From contig NW_003314289.1 in the NCBI RefSeq assembly GCF_000143415.4, forward strand, positions 919,886-983,885: a DNA stretch of 64,000 nt, given 5' to 3'. Source of the DNA: Selaginella moellendorffii (taxonomy: Eukaryota > Plantae > Lycopodiophyta). Positions 46,676 through 60,700 of the stretch are shown piece after piece. The notes beneath the pieces are model-generated. The model had not been told where the DNA came from. It saw nothing but the letters and a program-made list of their open reading frames with translations, and ran no database searches. Each line of letters opens with the position of its first letter. Within the stretch, counting starts at the first letter, position 1. The position numbers and the translations under genes were made by a program.

Positions 46676-47542
46676 ATGCCGAACTTCTTTGGTGTCACTC
46701 GACTTGGACCTCCAGACCTGTTTGCTTGTAGTTCCAAGGAGCATTGCTCTCGGTGTGACCAAAAGCCTCGAAAGGGCATTGCCGAGACATCACTGTATCG
46801 CTTCATTGAGGCGTTCCAGGAGCGCCAAGAGACCGAGAATCTGTCGCAGCAAGTGAGACGAGTTAACGTTCCACAGGTGATTGAGAAAGCTCTGGGTAGA
46901 AAACTGGATGATCAAGAGGCGCAGTTTATGGTAGAGTAAGTTCTTTTCCTCGAAATGTGGTTTTCTCGTGTAAAGCATGCTTGCTTCTAGTGTAGACACT
47001 TTCGACTCAACATTGGGAACATAAGCTTGGGAGAGTTTGAGTTTTGTATGAAGAGATTCCACCATGCTCAAGGTATGAATCCATGAGACGAAAGAACCCA
47101 TCGTGAAACGCTTTTGGGATTCAAGGTGAGGCTGACGCTGCAGCCCAAGACAAACGCAAAGGAAGAGCCTGCGGTAAGAACAGCGATCACCATTTTCTCT
47201 TTCTCGTATGAATGGAATGGAATGTCCGAAACAGGTGGTGATTATGAGATTCCAAAGAGAAATTCCAGTGCTGCGGTGCGAAAACTATCGTTTCCTCTCT
47301 GGATCTTGATAGAAGTTCTTCTTATTTGCTTTGGTTCGCAGATCGCAGGGCTCAAAGTGAAACACATTCGCAACAATTTCGCTCCAGTAGACGTGCTCCA
47401 ATACCCTCTCACCGAGAGCCAGGAAATTGGATGGGATATCGAGGCGAGAACAAAGCCCAAAGACGAGTACTACCCTCGCAAGCAAGAGGACGTCACGAGA
47501 AGCGAAGGGATTTGCCTGGAAAACTACTATCCCACATTCTAG
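46676..47542 (+). CDS. Small 5-exon protein, putative axonemal microtubule inner protein (TEX49/FAM183-like)
   Basis: N-terminus MPNFFGVTRLG; C-terminal YPLTESQEIGW motif; GT-AG introns give a continuous frame. Confidence 0.55.
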
Positions 47543-47641
47543 GAGCTCTAGCCCTAAACTTTAAAAAGCGAATATGCTAGTTCTAGAATATGCTTCTACT
47601 TAAGAAGCATGTTTCTGTAGAGCTCTAGGGTTTGAGCGAAA

Positions 47642-49645
47642 ATGTCCCAAATGGACGATGACGGAGCTGCGCTTAGCGATTTCGAGGACGACGATCTGGA
47701 GGCCGCGCCGGTAGTGGTGCCGTCGAGATCTCAGGCGGCCGATCCGGCGGAGGATGGCGATGCGAGGTATGTGCTCCTCAAGAAGGAGCTGGATCGGCAT
47801 CTGGAGGGCGAGAATGAGCTGAGGAAAGCCCTGGCGGATTCCTCCGAGAGGCTGGAACAGGTAGTGAAGCAGCGGGACGATGCACAGAGGCAGTTGGAAA
47901 ATATTTCGAGGCAGAGGGAAGATGCGAGCAAGGCCAGGACGGAGATCGAGACGTCGGCTAAGCTGTTGATCGCTGGGGCGGAGAAGCTCACGGGTCTGGT
48001 CGGAGACAACAAGGGATTTACGGGAGGATTTCCAAGATCGTCCAAGTACACCGGCCTCGCAGCGATCTGCCATGGGTTTTGCAAGAGGACCGAGGAGCTC
48101 ATGGAGGAGGTTTTGAAGCAGCGTGACGCTGCCATCAAGAGCAGGAACGAAGCTCGGAGCCAGATGGAGCAGAGGAACTACCAGATTGCTATCGAGGTTT
48201 CCCAGCTTGAGGCTTCGGTGGTTCGATCAAAGGAGGAGCTGGAGAGGAGAAGTTCGGAGTGGGAGAAGCTATCGACGGAGAAGCTGGGCGTGCAACGCGA
48301 GCTGGAAGAAAAGCTTGCGGCGACGTCCAGGGAGGTGGAGAACTTGAAAAAGAAATGTGAGAGCACGGAGGCTGGAGCTAGATCTTTGGAGAGCGACTTG
48401 GATGACTTGAGGAAGAAGCTCGTGGAGCAGATGAGAGGCTACCTTGCAACCGAGGAATCCGTCGTGAATTTTCTGCAGAAGATCGAGGGAAAGGCTGTGA
48501 AGGCTGTTCCCGAGCTACCATTTTCGAACTTCAGCGACGCGGAAAGAGTTCACAAAGAATATTTGAGACGAGTCCAGTCTATTTCTGATACGTTGGCTCA
48601 CATGAAGAACAGCTGGGAGGAGAAGGAAGAGCTAAGACTGAAAGAGAAAGCTGACGTTGAGACTGAACTACAGCGTTTGTCGCAGCGGGAGAAGGACATG
48701 GTTTCTTTCTTGAAAAACTCGTTGTTTGAGAGGAAAGACACGGGCGAGGAAGTAGACATGCCAACTCTGGTACGTATATATTTGCGGAAGCTTTTTCTTA
48801 GATTGTTTTTACAGGCCAATGTCATGGACAGTGAGCTGAGGAGCACGAGGTTGAAGGTTTTGGATTCAGAAAGACAACTAGCAGACGCGAGGTTGGTGCT
48901 TTTCTTATCTCTTGACCGACTAAAGTTTTTTCTTTTCCCAGCATGGAGATTGAGAAGATGAAGAAACTTTCATCGTTGCAAGCAAAAGATTTGGCAGCAA
49001 AGACGGCACGCGTTCAAGAACTTGAACTGAGATATGGAATTGTTTCGGAAAATGTATATCGCTTGTTTTTGCCTCGAGTTCCTTTCTGACTTCTCATGTA
49101 TCAGGTCGAGGGGCTTACCGCGGAGATTGCTGCCGCAGAAGAAGAGTTATTGCGATGGAAGAAAGCGGCTACAGAGGAGGCAGCTGCTGGCGTAGCAATC
49201 CTGGAGGAAGTCGAAAAGTGCAATCAAGAGGTTATCATAATTCTCATTTCTCTTTTCCTTGTAAGGCTAATCAACTCGCATGTCATGCCAGATTACAACG
49301 CTGAACCAGCTGGTGGTTCATCTCAGACAGTCGCTAGAAGAGGCGAATAGCAAGCTTCAATCAAAAGAAGAGATGGCAGCAGCCGCAATAGCTGCCCGTA
49401 ACGCTGCTGACAGGTCACTAAAGATTGCCGACGAAAGAGCAGCGGAGCTTAGGGAGCGCCTCGAAGAGATGTCACGGCAGCTGGAGGACGTAGAAGCTCA
49501 AGTGGAGAGGAGTAGAATCTGCGGGGGAAAGCTTCTGGAGGTGTTTCCATGGCTGCAGGGAAGAATCAGTAGTTACAGGGCTAATCTCAGGCAGGCGACT
49601 GTTCCTTCGGCTGAGATGGAAGAGCTCACGGAACCTTTGGTGTAA
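47642..49645 (+). CDS. Long coiled-coil plant protein (At3g49055/At1g24560-like), multi-exon
   Basis: SRNEARSQMEQRNYQIAIEVSQLEA, AAEEELLRWKKAA.EEAAAG and KEEMAAAAIAARNAA motifs. Confidence 0.82.
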
Positions 49646-49686
49646 ATATACGTTCTCCAGCTTCAGGTAATTCGTGTTTTCTTATT

Positions 49687-50626
49687 TTACGTTTGGCATC
49701 GGTTCCTGCCTTTTGCAATTAAGTATATTTCTCGCGACGTAGATCTCGATGCTTTCGGTCTTAACCACGACACTGATCTGAAGTATTTGTTGCAGTAGTC
49801 CGGAAAGCCTACACGAACAAGTACAAGATGAGATAGAGGACGGAAAACCGAGCAGCAAATCCTCTTACCTTGGCTCTCTTCACCTTCGAGCAGCTTGATC
49901 ACGAGGCTTCCAGACGGTACAAGCAAGCCATTTACTTTCTTGGTGCTATCTCTCTCGTCATCAGGGTGAAAGCCAAGCGCCAGTTCTAGAGCTCGAGAGC
50001 CAAGCTCGGCGGAAAGCGTCGCGTCTTTGAAGCCAATGCCTGAGACACTGGGACACATGTCGGAGAGAATGACATTATATGCTTTCTGCGAACACAAGTA
50101 CGTACTCTTCTTCAAAAAGAAGAAATAAAAGAACTGATTTTTACCTCTGGTGTCATGGCAGCCAGTGTCTCGGGTTTGATCTTCATCACGTCTGCGGCAA
50201 TGGCTTTCACCCGGTGATCAGTGTGGTCTCCTGGAACATTGATTTTCTAAACGAAGGTAGACGCAAATTTCAAAGTAGAAAACGGAAAGAGCTTACTTTG
50301 GTGTCGACACCAACAACGACTCCACCTTGGTCGCGTGTTCCCAAGTTCTGGCAAGCCACCTGAAAGAACCAGTGTAAGCCAAGTTTGTCTTTTTCAATCT
50401 TATTTCTGTCACACTAACCTGTAGCCACGCACCAGGAGCACACCCAAGGTCCAGAATGGCCGCTCCGGGCTTGAGTATCCGGTGCTTCTCTTGGATCTCC
50501 ACCAGCTGATTGATCCAACAGATCAAGGAGTTACTCTATAGTGGGTCTTACCTTGAAGGCCGATCGAGCAACATATCGAAGCCGGAGCGCCTCCTTGTAG
50601 AAGAAATCTGGGACATGCGAAGCCAT
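49687..50626 (-). CDS. RlmE/FtsJ-family rRNA 2'-O-methyltransferase
   Basis: [61 protein letters not shown]. Confidence 0.92.
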
Positions 50627-50655
50627 AGCGACGCAACAGACCTAAAAATGCTGTG

Positions 50656-53039
50656 ATGTACCTGAGGATCAAGCGAGCAACCACGTTGGTGGTAAGTTCT
50701 CTTCTCTTTCTTTCGTAAGCTTTTAATGGCTTTGTTTGTAGGCTGTGGCTGTGAGGAGGAGAAGCATAATTACGTTGAGCAAAGAAGAACTTGCCAAGGA
50801 ATCGGACGTGTTGGAGTTTCTCGATAGCTTACACAAGGGGAAGCTCTCGCGGAACGAAGCAAACTACGCACAGGCTCTACACGCGTGTACCAAGCTCAAA
50901 GCTCTAGAGCTGGGCAGGCAAGTGCATTTCGAGATACACAGAAGCGGGTTCGAAGAGAATTTGCAGCTGGGGAATCACGTCATCAACATGTATGCCAAGT
51001 GTGGAAGCCTGGCAGAAGCTCGGGCTTTCTTTGACAAGCTAAGTCCCGAGAGACGGAACGTTTTCACTTGGACGGCGGTTATGTCAGCATATGCCCAAAC
51101 GGGACACTGCAAGGAGACTGTGAAGCTGCTGGGTTTGATGCTGCTCGAGGCTGCCGTGAGGCCGGACAGGGTGGTCTTCATCATAATGCTCGAAAGTTGC
51201 TCCGGTACTGAAGATCTTCCAGAGGGTCGGATGATCCACCGTTTGGCCGTCGAGTGCGGGCTTGTCTCACAAGTTATGGTCGCCAACGCTCTCATCAACA
51301 TGTACCGCAAGTGTGGGAGCCCGGTGCTTGCTCTTCAGACTTTTCAGTCGATCGAGGCCCCCAATATCATCTCTTGGACGTCGGCAATCGAGGCACAATC
51401 ACAAAACTTCTGCGGAGGGCAGGCACTACACTTGTTCCACCGCATGCAGCTCGAGGGAGTGAGGCCCAACCTCATCACCTTTGCAGTGGTTCTAGAGGCT
51501 TGCGACTCTTCCAGGTTCTTGGACGATGCCAGGCTACTACACAAGTTGGCTATGGAGAATGGCTTTGACGGGGACTCGGTCGTCGGCACCATTCTCGTTC
51601 GCACTTACGTCCTGTGCAAAAGCTTGGACGACGCTCGAAAAACTTTCGATGGCTTGAAGCTCAAGAGTTTGGTCTCGTGGACGGCAATGATCCAGGCGTA
51701 TGCTGAGAAGGGACTAGACAAGGAAGCATTCCATTTGTACCGTGGAATGGGACAGGAAGGTCTACAACCGGATCGAGTAAGCTATCTTCTCCTGCTAGGC
51801 ACTTGCGACCGTCCAGAGAAGCTGGAAGTTGGAAAGAGGATCCACTCTCAGCTAGCAGCAGGAGGATTTGAGAGGGACACCGCCGTGCAAATCGCTCTGG
51901 TGACCATGTATGGTCGGTGCGGGGATTTAGAGGCGTCAACTTCGGTGTTCTCGACGATCGAAAGAAGCTGTGACGACGAGATCTGCTGGAATGCCATGCT
52001 GGGAGCGTATGGCCAGAACGGACACCCGGACGAGGCATTTGCTCTCTTCCGCAAGTTCATGCTCTTGGGACTCAAGCCCAGCAGGCCCAGCTTCCTCACC
52101 ATCCTCGGCCTCTGCGAGAGTCTACACACTGCCAGGACTCTCCACGAGAACGTGGTGGAGAGTGGACTAGAGCAGGAGTTCACCATCCAGACGGCTCTCA
52201 TCAGCTGCTATGGCAAGTGCGGGGGCCTGGACGACGCAAGCAAGATCTTCGACGGCATGGAGGAGTGGAACCAGGCGTCGTGCAATGCGATGATGGCAGC
52301 GTTTTCTCAGCGGGGGCAGTGCGGCCGGGCGATGGAGCTCCTCCGGAGGATGCTACTGGCAGGAGTGAAGCCGACGGAGTCGACGCTAGTAGCAGCTCTC
52401 GACGCCTGCGCCGCCGCCAGCTCCGCCGCCCATGGCCGGCACGTCCACTCGCTCATCGATCAGGCAAAGCATCTGGAGACCAACGTGGTGCTCGGGAACG
52501 CTCTGGCGCAGATGTATGGGAAGTGTGGGAGGCTGGAGGAGGCTTGCGAGGTGTTCCACCGGGTGTGGAGCCACGACGTGGTGTCCTGGACGGGGATTGT
52601 CGAGACACACGCGAGGTATGGCCGGGGTGGCGAGGCTTTGCTCCTCTTCTACAAGATGCAGCAGGATGGGAGCCGGCCAAACAACATCAGCTTTACGTGC
52701 ATCCTCTCGGCTTGCAGCCACGCCGGGCTCGTTCGCGAAGGCTGCCAGTTGTTTGAGTCGCTGGTGAGAGACCATGGTTTGGTTCCCTCGGAGCTCAACT
52801 TTGGGTGCTTGGTTGATCTGCTGGGACGTGCTGGGAGATTGGATTTGGCCGAGGGGTGCTTGAGCAGGGTGGCTCTTGACAGGAACTTGAGGATGGTTTT
52901 GCTGGGGGCTTGTAGGAATCAGGGTGATGTGGAGAGAGGGAGGAGGGCTGTGGGGGATGTGTTTGCTGCCAAGGATTCGAGCTCGGAAGCTGGCTATGTT
53001 CTTCTTTCGAATTTGTATGCTGCTTCTACGAAGAAATGA
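50656..53039 (+). CDS. PLS-class pentatricopeptide repeat protein (E-type, no DYW), likely organellar RNA editing factor
   Basis: Repeated MYAKCGS / VVSWT / ILSACSHAG / CLVDLLGRAG motifs and YVLLSNLYA; probable exon 1 50656-50691 and GT-AG intron 50692-50741. Confidence 0.93.
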
Positions 53040-53292
53040 TTTTAGAAGTGTTTGTTTAAATAATGTTATTAAGGCCAGTGACATCAAAAAACTTATTAAA
53101 CGTGAGATCGTCCACGTAGTACTTCACCCAAGTATAAAATGTATTTTTAAGTCATACACGATTTCCTTTATTTTATTAATAGAAGATAATAAAAGACGCG
53201 GCTTTGACGAAGAAACAACCGGTTTTTTCTTATGCAGGCACATCACATTTTATTTATTTATTTTTGTCTCCTTGAATCCATTGCATTTCCTC

Positions 53293-53537
53293 TCAGCAGC
53301 AGCAGCAGAGGATGTCAAGGCAGCACTCGCAAGTCTCATAACACATGAAACAGCAGCACGCCGCGAAGAGGCTACAAAACACCAACCGAAAAGCTTACAG
53401 ATCTCCACTCGAAAATTCGCAACAAAAGATTGGAGGGGAAGAAGTAGAATTTACCATGCGTACAAGCAGCCCCTGTCCTCGCTCCTCTTTTGTATGTGGT
53501 CGCTGGCGCTCATCTGCTGGGCCTCTGGCGCATACAT
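53293..53537 (-). CDS. CDT1-like (CYSTM family) Cys-rich peptide, 53 aa, 2 exons
   Basis: Spliced 53537-53455 + 53371-53293: [53 protein letters not shown]. Confidence 0.9.
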
Positions 53538-53774
53538 CCTCTTCTCTCTCGCAAAAGGTATGAATTGGAGGAAAATAGAAAAGGTCTAATAAAGTACGTC
53601 TAGATGCGCATATCCGCAGCATCTAAAATCTCAACCGTTAGTTCTCACCAACGGTGTGGATTTAACGCGCGTGCAAAAGCTTACGAAATCTATTTTGCTT
53701 AAACCAAAACTGTAAAAACACGTTTAGAATCTAATTTTCTTACTTTATAGATAGAGAAACTCCTCGAATAGTTC

Positions 53775-54006
53775 TTAGCAGCAGCAGCAGAGCATGAGGC
53801 AGCACTCACAAGCCTCATAGCACATAAAGCAGCAGCAGCTTGTAAAGAGGCTACAAAAGACCAACCAAAAAATCTCACTCGAAAATTCGAGCAAAGATCT
53901 AGCAAAGCAGAAGTGGAATTTACCATGCGTATAAGCAGCCCCTGTCCTCGCTCCTCGTTTGTACGTGGTGGCCAGAGCTCATTTGCTGGGCCTCTGGCGC
54001 ATACAT
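53775..54006 (-). CDS. CDT1-like (CYSTM family) Cys-rich peptide, tandem copy, 2 exons
   Basis: Spliced: [52 protein letters not shown]. Confidence 0.9.
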
Positions 54007-54706
54007 CTTCTCCTTCTCCCTTGCAAAAGGTATGAAAAACAAAAGAACACCAGGCTCGTGCGGATATCCGCGGCATCTAAAATCTCAGCCGTTAGCTCTC
54101 ACCAACGGCGAGGATATAAGCCACGCGAGAATTCCTCTCTCGGGAATCTAGGGCTCGCTGATTAGATTCGTTTCTTCCATGGCGATGGCGGCGCTATGGG
54201 GGGGAGTTTGGGCGAGCTCGAATACCGAGCACGAGCACTAACAGAAAGCCCGTGAGTGGAATCATTCCCACGGGTTCACTTGGGTGCTTACAATCTTTCC
54301 TTTCCTTTGTGGAGTGTTTCGTTCCATCATTTGGCAAAAGGCACAGAATCTCTCCTTTCTGTGTTTTTAATGCTGGTGGAACAAGATGAAACAAAACCTT
54401 GCATTCGTTTCAACCAGATTGTGGCTCTCCACAGCCTCTCTGGCGTACAAAGATGCATACAAGAAAAAAAAAAAACCATCGAAGTGAATCTCTCCTGTCC
54501 TGTGCTAGCAAAACACTACAAAACTTTGAGAATAAAAACAAAAGCTCAAAGCTCATCTTTGCGATCCATTCTCACACCAATCCATTCTCTTCATAGACGA
54601 TGAAACTCAACTCGCGAGCCTGGACGAGCCTGGAAAGAGAAGTAGAAAGTTTATCTCGAGCTAGCAAAGTAAATCAGTGGCATACGTCTATACCTCGAGA
54701 GATCTT

Positions 54707-57700
54707 TCAGTAAGTCTTGGAAGGATCGGTTCGTCTCATGCCTTGCCTGCTGTAATAAGGCGTCTGCTCGATCGTTCTACTCACGTACTCCGTGTAAGGC
54801 TGCGGCGGAGTCCTGCTATACGTTCTGTACTGGACGGGAGTTTGGATGGTGTCGTCCACGGCTCCATTCACCAGTACTCCCGAGGCACCGTCGTCCTGGA
54901 CGACTTGCGCGACCAGCGGCCGCCTTCGCGTTGGCGATGGCGTCGCCGGCGAGCTTCGGAGAGATCGCGGGAGGTCCAGGAGTTTGGTGCACAGGAACAC
55001 GGGGAGGACGATCGCCACCAGAGTTATAACCGCCACCGTGAAGATCTGCTGGAACAGCGCTGCCACGTTAAATTGCCCGGCATCGTAAGCCATCGAAATC
55101 TCTTCGCGCTGGCCTGTACGATAGACAACGGACTTTGTAAGATCTCACACAAGTTCACCACGATGTAAATGCTTACCCGTAGTAGTCAGCAAAAAAACCA
55201 ACTTGTCTGTGAAACTCTTGTCTTCCTCGAGCAGCAGCACCTGAATAAGCAACAACGTTGTACGTTCCCGTGTCCAAATGCCAAATATCCTGCACATACC
55301 TCGTAAACCGCATGGCCGCAAACACCCGGCTCTTCTGTCCTGGTGAGCCTTTTCACCTCAACTGCATCCTTACGTTGCCATGAAACGGCAATCGCTCCTG
55401 AGAAATCAAAGCGATCAAACCAAGCCGGTAGTACCACAAGGATACGTACCTACAGTTCCCACCACGGCTATCCTGCTCTTGTTCGACGTGACGGACAATT
55501 GAAGCTAAGAAGAAGAAAAGAACGAATCACATCGAGTGCCGAATGGAGCAACTACATACCTGTGAAGGTGTGTCGATGATAGAAAATCCTCCAGCGAAGG
55601 TACAATCAGCAGACCCAGCAACGCTTGGCGTTCGAGAAAGCACCGCTGTTACTGACATGCCTATCCGTCCTTTTGCATCACCCCGGTCACTAGTAGCTCT
55701 CTTTGATTTCAGTTCTCCGTGCAAGTTATATGAAAGTTTCTCTGGCGCGTAGGGGAAAAACAAACAGTAGAACGTGCCTGAATCTGGATCATGCCACGGA
55801 GCTGCACGCCTGTAAAAAACAGTGTTCAGAACAGGTAACGCCAAGGTAATTCTTACCCAATGAACGATGGATCGACTTTGCAATCATAAGAAATAGGTCT
55901 ACTTTCGCCGATCACACTGACATCGTCTCCATGCGTATCTCTGAGTAACAGCACAAAACGTTAATAGATCAACTGTAAGAAGCCAACGTACTTGAATTTG
56001 ACAGTAAATTTGTAGCCTTGGTCAGGGAAAGGAGCATTGGTGACGAATGGAAATGATGGAGCTTCAACAGTGACAGTGGATATGCCCACCACACTTAGAG
56101 ATGTGTATGCTGTCAAACGTGAGCCGTTGAAGCTTACTGCAGAAAAAAAAGGAAATAAAAATTACTCCCAGCAAGTTAAGACCAAAACATCCTTACCAAC
56201 AGTAGAACCTTCTGAGAGAGCCTCGGCTTCCCCTGTGCGACTGTTCACAAGAACAATATGCTCGTTTCCACTAGACCATTGGCCGCGGTCCAGTGAAGAA
56301 ACACCAGATGATAGAAAGCCTGTGTAGACGAAAGTAAGAACATTATGGGCAAATACACGCGTTACCTTTCCCAGCAATGGAAAAGTTTACACGATCTCCA
56401 ATATGCATAACTGGATTACGTGGATAGACATATGCACCCACAAAAACCTGGAGAAACTTTGTTAAAACTGAAAAATACTATCACATGCTACTGTACCAGG
56501 ATGTAATCGGCAATGTCGACTTTCTGCTTTTGAGATATACGGATTAATGCTTTACCTTGCCGCAAGGCCTATGAGAAAGAAATATAATAATGATAGAAAC
56601 TCAAGAGAAGCAATACCTGCACAACAATCGCTACAGTCGTCGAACCACCAGAAGCCTCAAGCTTTGTGGCCTTCAAAGAAACCACATCAGCACGGTTCGT
56701 CTCTAGGGACAGCGGCAAAGACTCCAAATCTACTTCGAAAAACGGTGTTCCTGGAGGCACAATTTTTTTAGTGTCGCCTTTCGATGATCGAAATTTCAGC
56801 ACCTATATTGTCGCGCAAATTAACAATAAAACTATGTTGTGTTCCGACAGAAAGTTCGGAAACATGAACTCTGTCCCCAACAGTCATTTGTGCCACCTGT
56901 TTAAACAAAGCGTTCATTACGTGCAAGAAAGAAAGGATCTGATAATGTACCTCTGCAACTCTGACACAGACAGCAATCTCGGATCGGCCAGCATCTCTGT
57001 CTTTCGCATGTATACAGGCAACATCCATCCTGTCAGCTGTGTTGATACGTCCATCGTCAATAGTGAATATTTCGCTGCCGGCAACTCCGTCCTGAGAAAG
57101 ATATGAACAACGCTGAGGCTTGAAAAGAAGTCGAAATAGAGACGTACATGCATCAGAGTATATGTAATCGCTCGAGTTGTCAATCCATCTACCACCCGCT
57201 GAGGCAGTAATTTTGAAGATCTGTGGCCTGGGGGAAGTACCCAGGTCGCCAGCATTCCAAGTGCCAATGGAGGATCAGGGATCACAGAGATCGATCCTGA
57301 TGCTGAATAATTTTTGGGAACCGAATGCCCGCCCAGAGTATGGAATTGACAAATAAAGCTCACAGAAACAGTGGTCATACCAGCAGATCTGAAACACATA
57401 AAGTTGTCAGTATTTTTCAAACAGCATAAAAATGAACTGACTTTCCAAAAACTCTTGCAGAGAAACCTGCATCAACTAGCCAAGTGGATTCGCTACCTCC
57501 ATCAGGAAACTTCTGAGTATGACCTGAACTAGCCGGCTTTACGCTTTCCAGTTGCAGAACCTAAAACGCTTAACCAGTAAACGCAAATAAATTGTGAAAG
57601 TGTTTACCTCCTCGTCCGCAACGAGCCATTCATAGTTTGTACACATCTCAAAGAAAGAGAAAAGATTTCCCTGCGGAACTTATCAGACATGTTTTACAAA

Positions 57701-60700
57701 ATAAAAAAGAAAAGAAAAAGAAAGAAAAAAAAAAAAAAGCAAAACGAAAACAGCATATTACCTCGTTAGAGAAAGGATAAATCGACATTTCCCTTCCCGT
57801 TCCAAGCTGCCCCCCTCTAACCTCCAAATACATTGAAACAGGTATAGCCACTGTTATCTCAGTAAAGGCTTCACCAAGCAAATTCCCGTCGTTATCAAAT
57901 GCTCTTGCTAAAATAACCTGCAAAATGATAAGGTTTCATGCGAAATTCCGTGACTACTAACAAACCTCATTCCCAGCCGATTTTGCCGTGACCAGTCCTG
58001 AATTGCGATCCACAACAGCAATTAAAGACTCCGAGCTGGAAAACTCAACAACTTTTCCAGTCCTCGGGCCTCCATGAACAACAAGCTGAAACAGTACAAA
58101 AATCAACATTTTTCTACATTTTAATAATCACTTACCATGAACTGTGCCCCAGGTGCCATTACTAATGGCGATGGAATAACTTTCAGTGGAGCATACACCT
58201 CAGCCTTAACAACGGTACTATGTATTTCACGACCGGAAGCTTTTTGAGCTGTAACCTGTATTAGAATCTTGTCAGTCAAACGGTTTGCAATGGGGACAAC
58301 ATACGTGGAAACTGCTGAAACCAATGTCGGCACCCTGAATGTAAAAGGAATTTCCCGGTACTCGAGTTGACGTCTNNNNNNNNNNNNNNNNNNNNNNNNN
58401 NNNNNNNNNNNNNNNNNNNNNNNNNNNNNNNNNNNNNNNNNNNNNNNNNNNNNNNNNNNNNNNNNNNNNNNNNNNTACAAGGCTAATAATTTCGTCTTGA
58501 AGGTGGACATGGATGTTAAAAAGCACAAACTGCAAATTAAATAAATTACGTGAACAAATGAGGAAAACTTCACAACAAAATACCTGTGATGGATCAAAGG
58601 TACGCCCAGTACTATCCCCTACTTGCAGGTGAACCTCCAACATTGTTCCCAACTGCAACAAACTCCTTCAGTAAAAAGTAAACAAAAGTAACTCCTTTCA
58701 CCTCCATGGTTACAACGTCGGGTACAACTTTGATCCACGATATGTCAACTACGTGCACCTGGAAAGGGTTAATAAGTTTGAAGCGGACGCTGCAAAAGCT
58801 GAAAACATACCAAAGCATTTGCTGAAGCAGGACTAGCCAAACCAACGTCAAGTATAGAAACAACTGCAGTTCCCATGGCTCTTGCAGCAACTACGAGGTG
58901 TGATACACGAGGTCCAGTCGGTGGATGAATAACGACGGCTATTCTAGAGTCATTAACGTGTGACTCAATATCGTTCGTGCCTCCGAGAACTTGCAAGGTC
59001 GCCTATCAGACCAATTAGCCGTTTAAAAACCATACCACGAAAACTCACCTTAGCGTCTGGGTGGCCAAAAAGTAAAGTCTCCTTTGGCTCCAGCCTTAGT
59101 GCTGCAACGAGTTGTAATTGAGCAGTGTCATGCAAGAACGGCTTGGCTTGCTTTAGCAAACTAGCTGCCGCAACGACTGTTAACACTGGTAATTTTGACT
59201 GTTTCAGATGTGTTAAGGTCGCTCTTACTGCACACTACAAACGGAATAGTGAATACGTGAATATGATTTCTTAAACTTGTATCTTACCAATCCCACGGTA
59301 TTTTGGAGGCCAAGGATCCTCTCCCATCTGTCCGGAGGCACGTCGAGATCATCCCAGTATGCGAGAGCATCGCACTCGTCCAAATGCCAGGAAAGAGCCA
59401 TTGACGATGTGTTCGCAAATGGCCTTCCAGAACTGTGAAGACCCAGTGCGGCAACTCGAATAGAGCGACTGTTTAATACCGTAACTGGCAGCAAACGCTT
59501 TCTTTCCTGATCACGTTCCAACTGAACAACTGACTTGATAATATGTTGACTATTATCTGTGTCAACACATGAAAGTCAGCTAAAGTGATTTACAGCAGTT
59601 GGCATACCTGGCTCGTCAATAATGAGAACGATTGAGCTAGGAACGTCACAAACAACCAGTAAACTAGAACTGGCCACAACGTTCACTGGTCCTTCAAGAT
59701 CTTGGTAGCCACGACGAAATATGAGCGTCTAAATGCAGAGAAACAAATTAGTTTGCAAGCATCGTAATAACAAGGAAAGGTTCTTACGTAATTGCCGAAG
59801 TCGGAACAGCCAACGAAGAAGACTCGTCCGCCACCATCCGTTGAGCGAGTGACGAGAACTTCCTCTGACGCTTTCCCTCCGGCTTCGGAAGAAACGATTT
59901 CGTGGAACTCTAAAAATTGTGATTCCTGCCTCCAGCGTTCGGGGCCACCTACTAGCATAACCTTGATGCCACTCCCCACAACAAGTAGCAGCTCCTTCAA
60001 ATTGTGACATGTACTTTGACCGGAAGTGTCGCTACAGCTGTATCCACCGCAAGAATTTCCATCCGAGACCTGTTGTAGAGCTAGAGGAGCGTACGAAGCT
60101 ATCGCCCAAGACGTTTCCAAAGCGGCTGCTGCCTCGACAGTTGAAACTTTCAAGGATCCCGTGACGGTTGCCCTGCCTGGTCGCAATGGCAAGATTGCGT
60201 TCCATGCACATACAACTTGAGAGGAGCTTTCTTCCGGCCTTAAATAAGATGAGATGTCCGATAATGTAAATGGACCCGATGAATCCACAAAATTGAAGTT
60301 GCCGTCCACACCGAAAAGGTCCCATTGCACAAAACTATTATATACGTCACATCTGGAGTAAGCGTGACCTGTTTGGCGAGGTTAATGTTTAATGACAAAG
60401 AAAAAGGAGAAGCTTACCAGCCGGCGTTGTCAAGCTCACGGCGACTGGAAGAATGGTGTTTATCTCGACTTCAACAGGAAGACCATGAACAACAGAGATG
60501 GATGATGGAACAGACACCTCCACGTGGATCTGAAAAAGATAAGAGCAGTTGTAGGTTCTTATCAGTAACCAGGACCACTATTACCTCATCAACGTTTAGC
60601 AAGTCTTTTGCCGACGACGAGCGAATTACTGTTTTCCCGGGTCCTTTGCTCAAAATTTTTCCGAGTGCATTCACAGTTGCGACGCTTGGATTCGTTGAGG

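Noticed and set aside
52924-53589. 221-aa plus-strand ORF and 53699-54076 minus-strand ORF
   Set aside because: Shadow frames over the PPR 3' end and the CDT-like genes; no coherent protein features.
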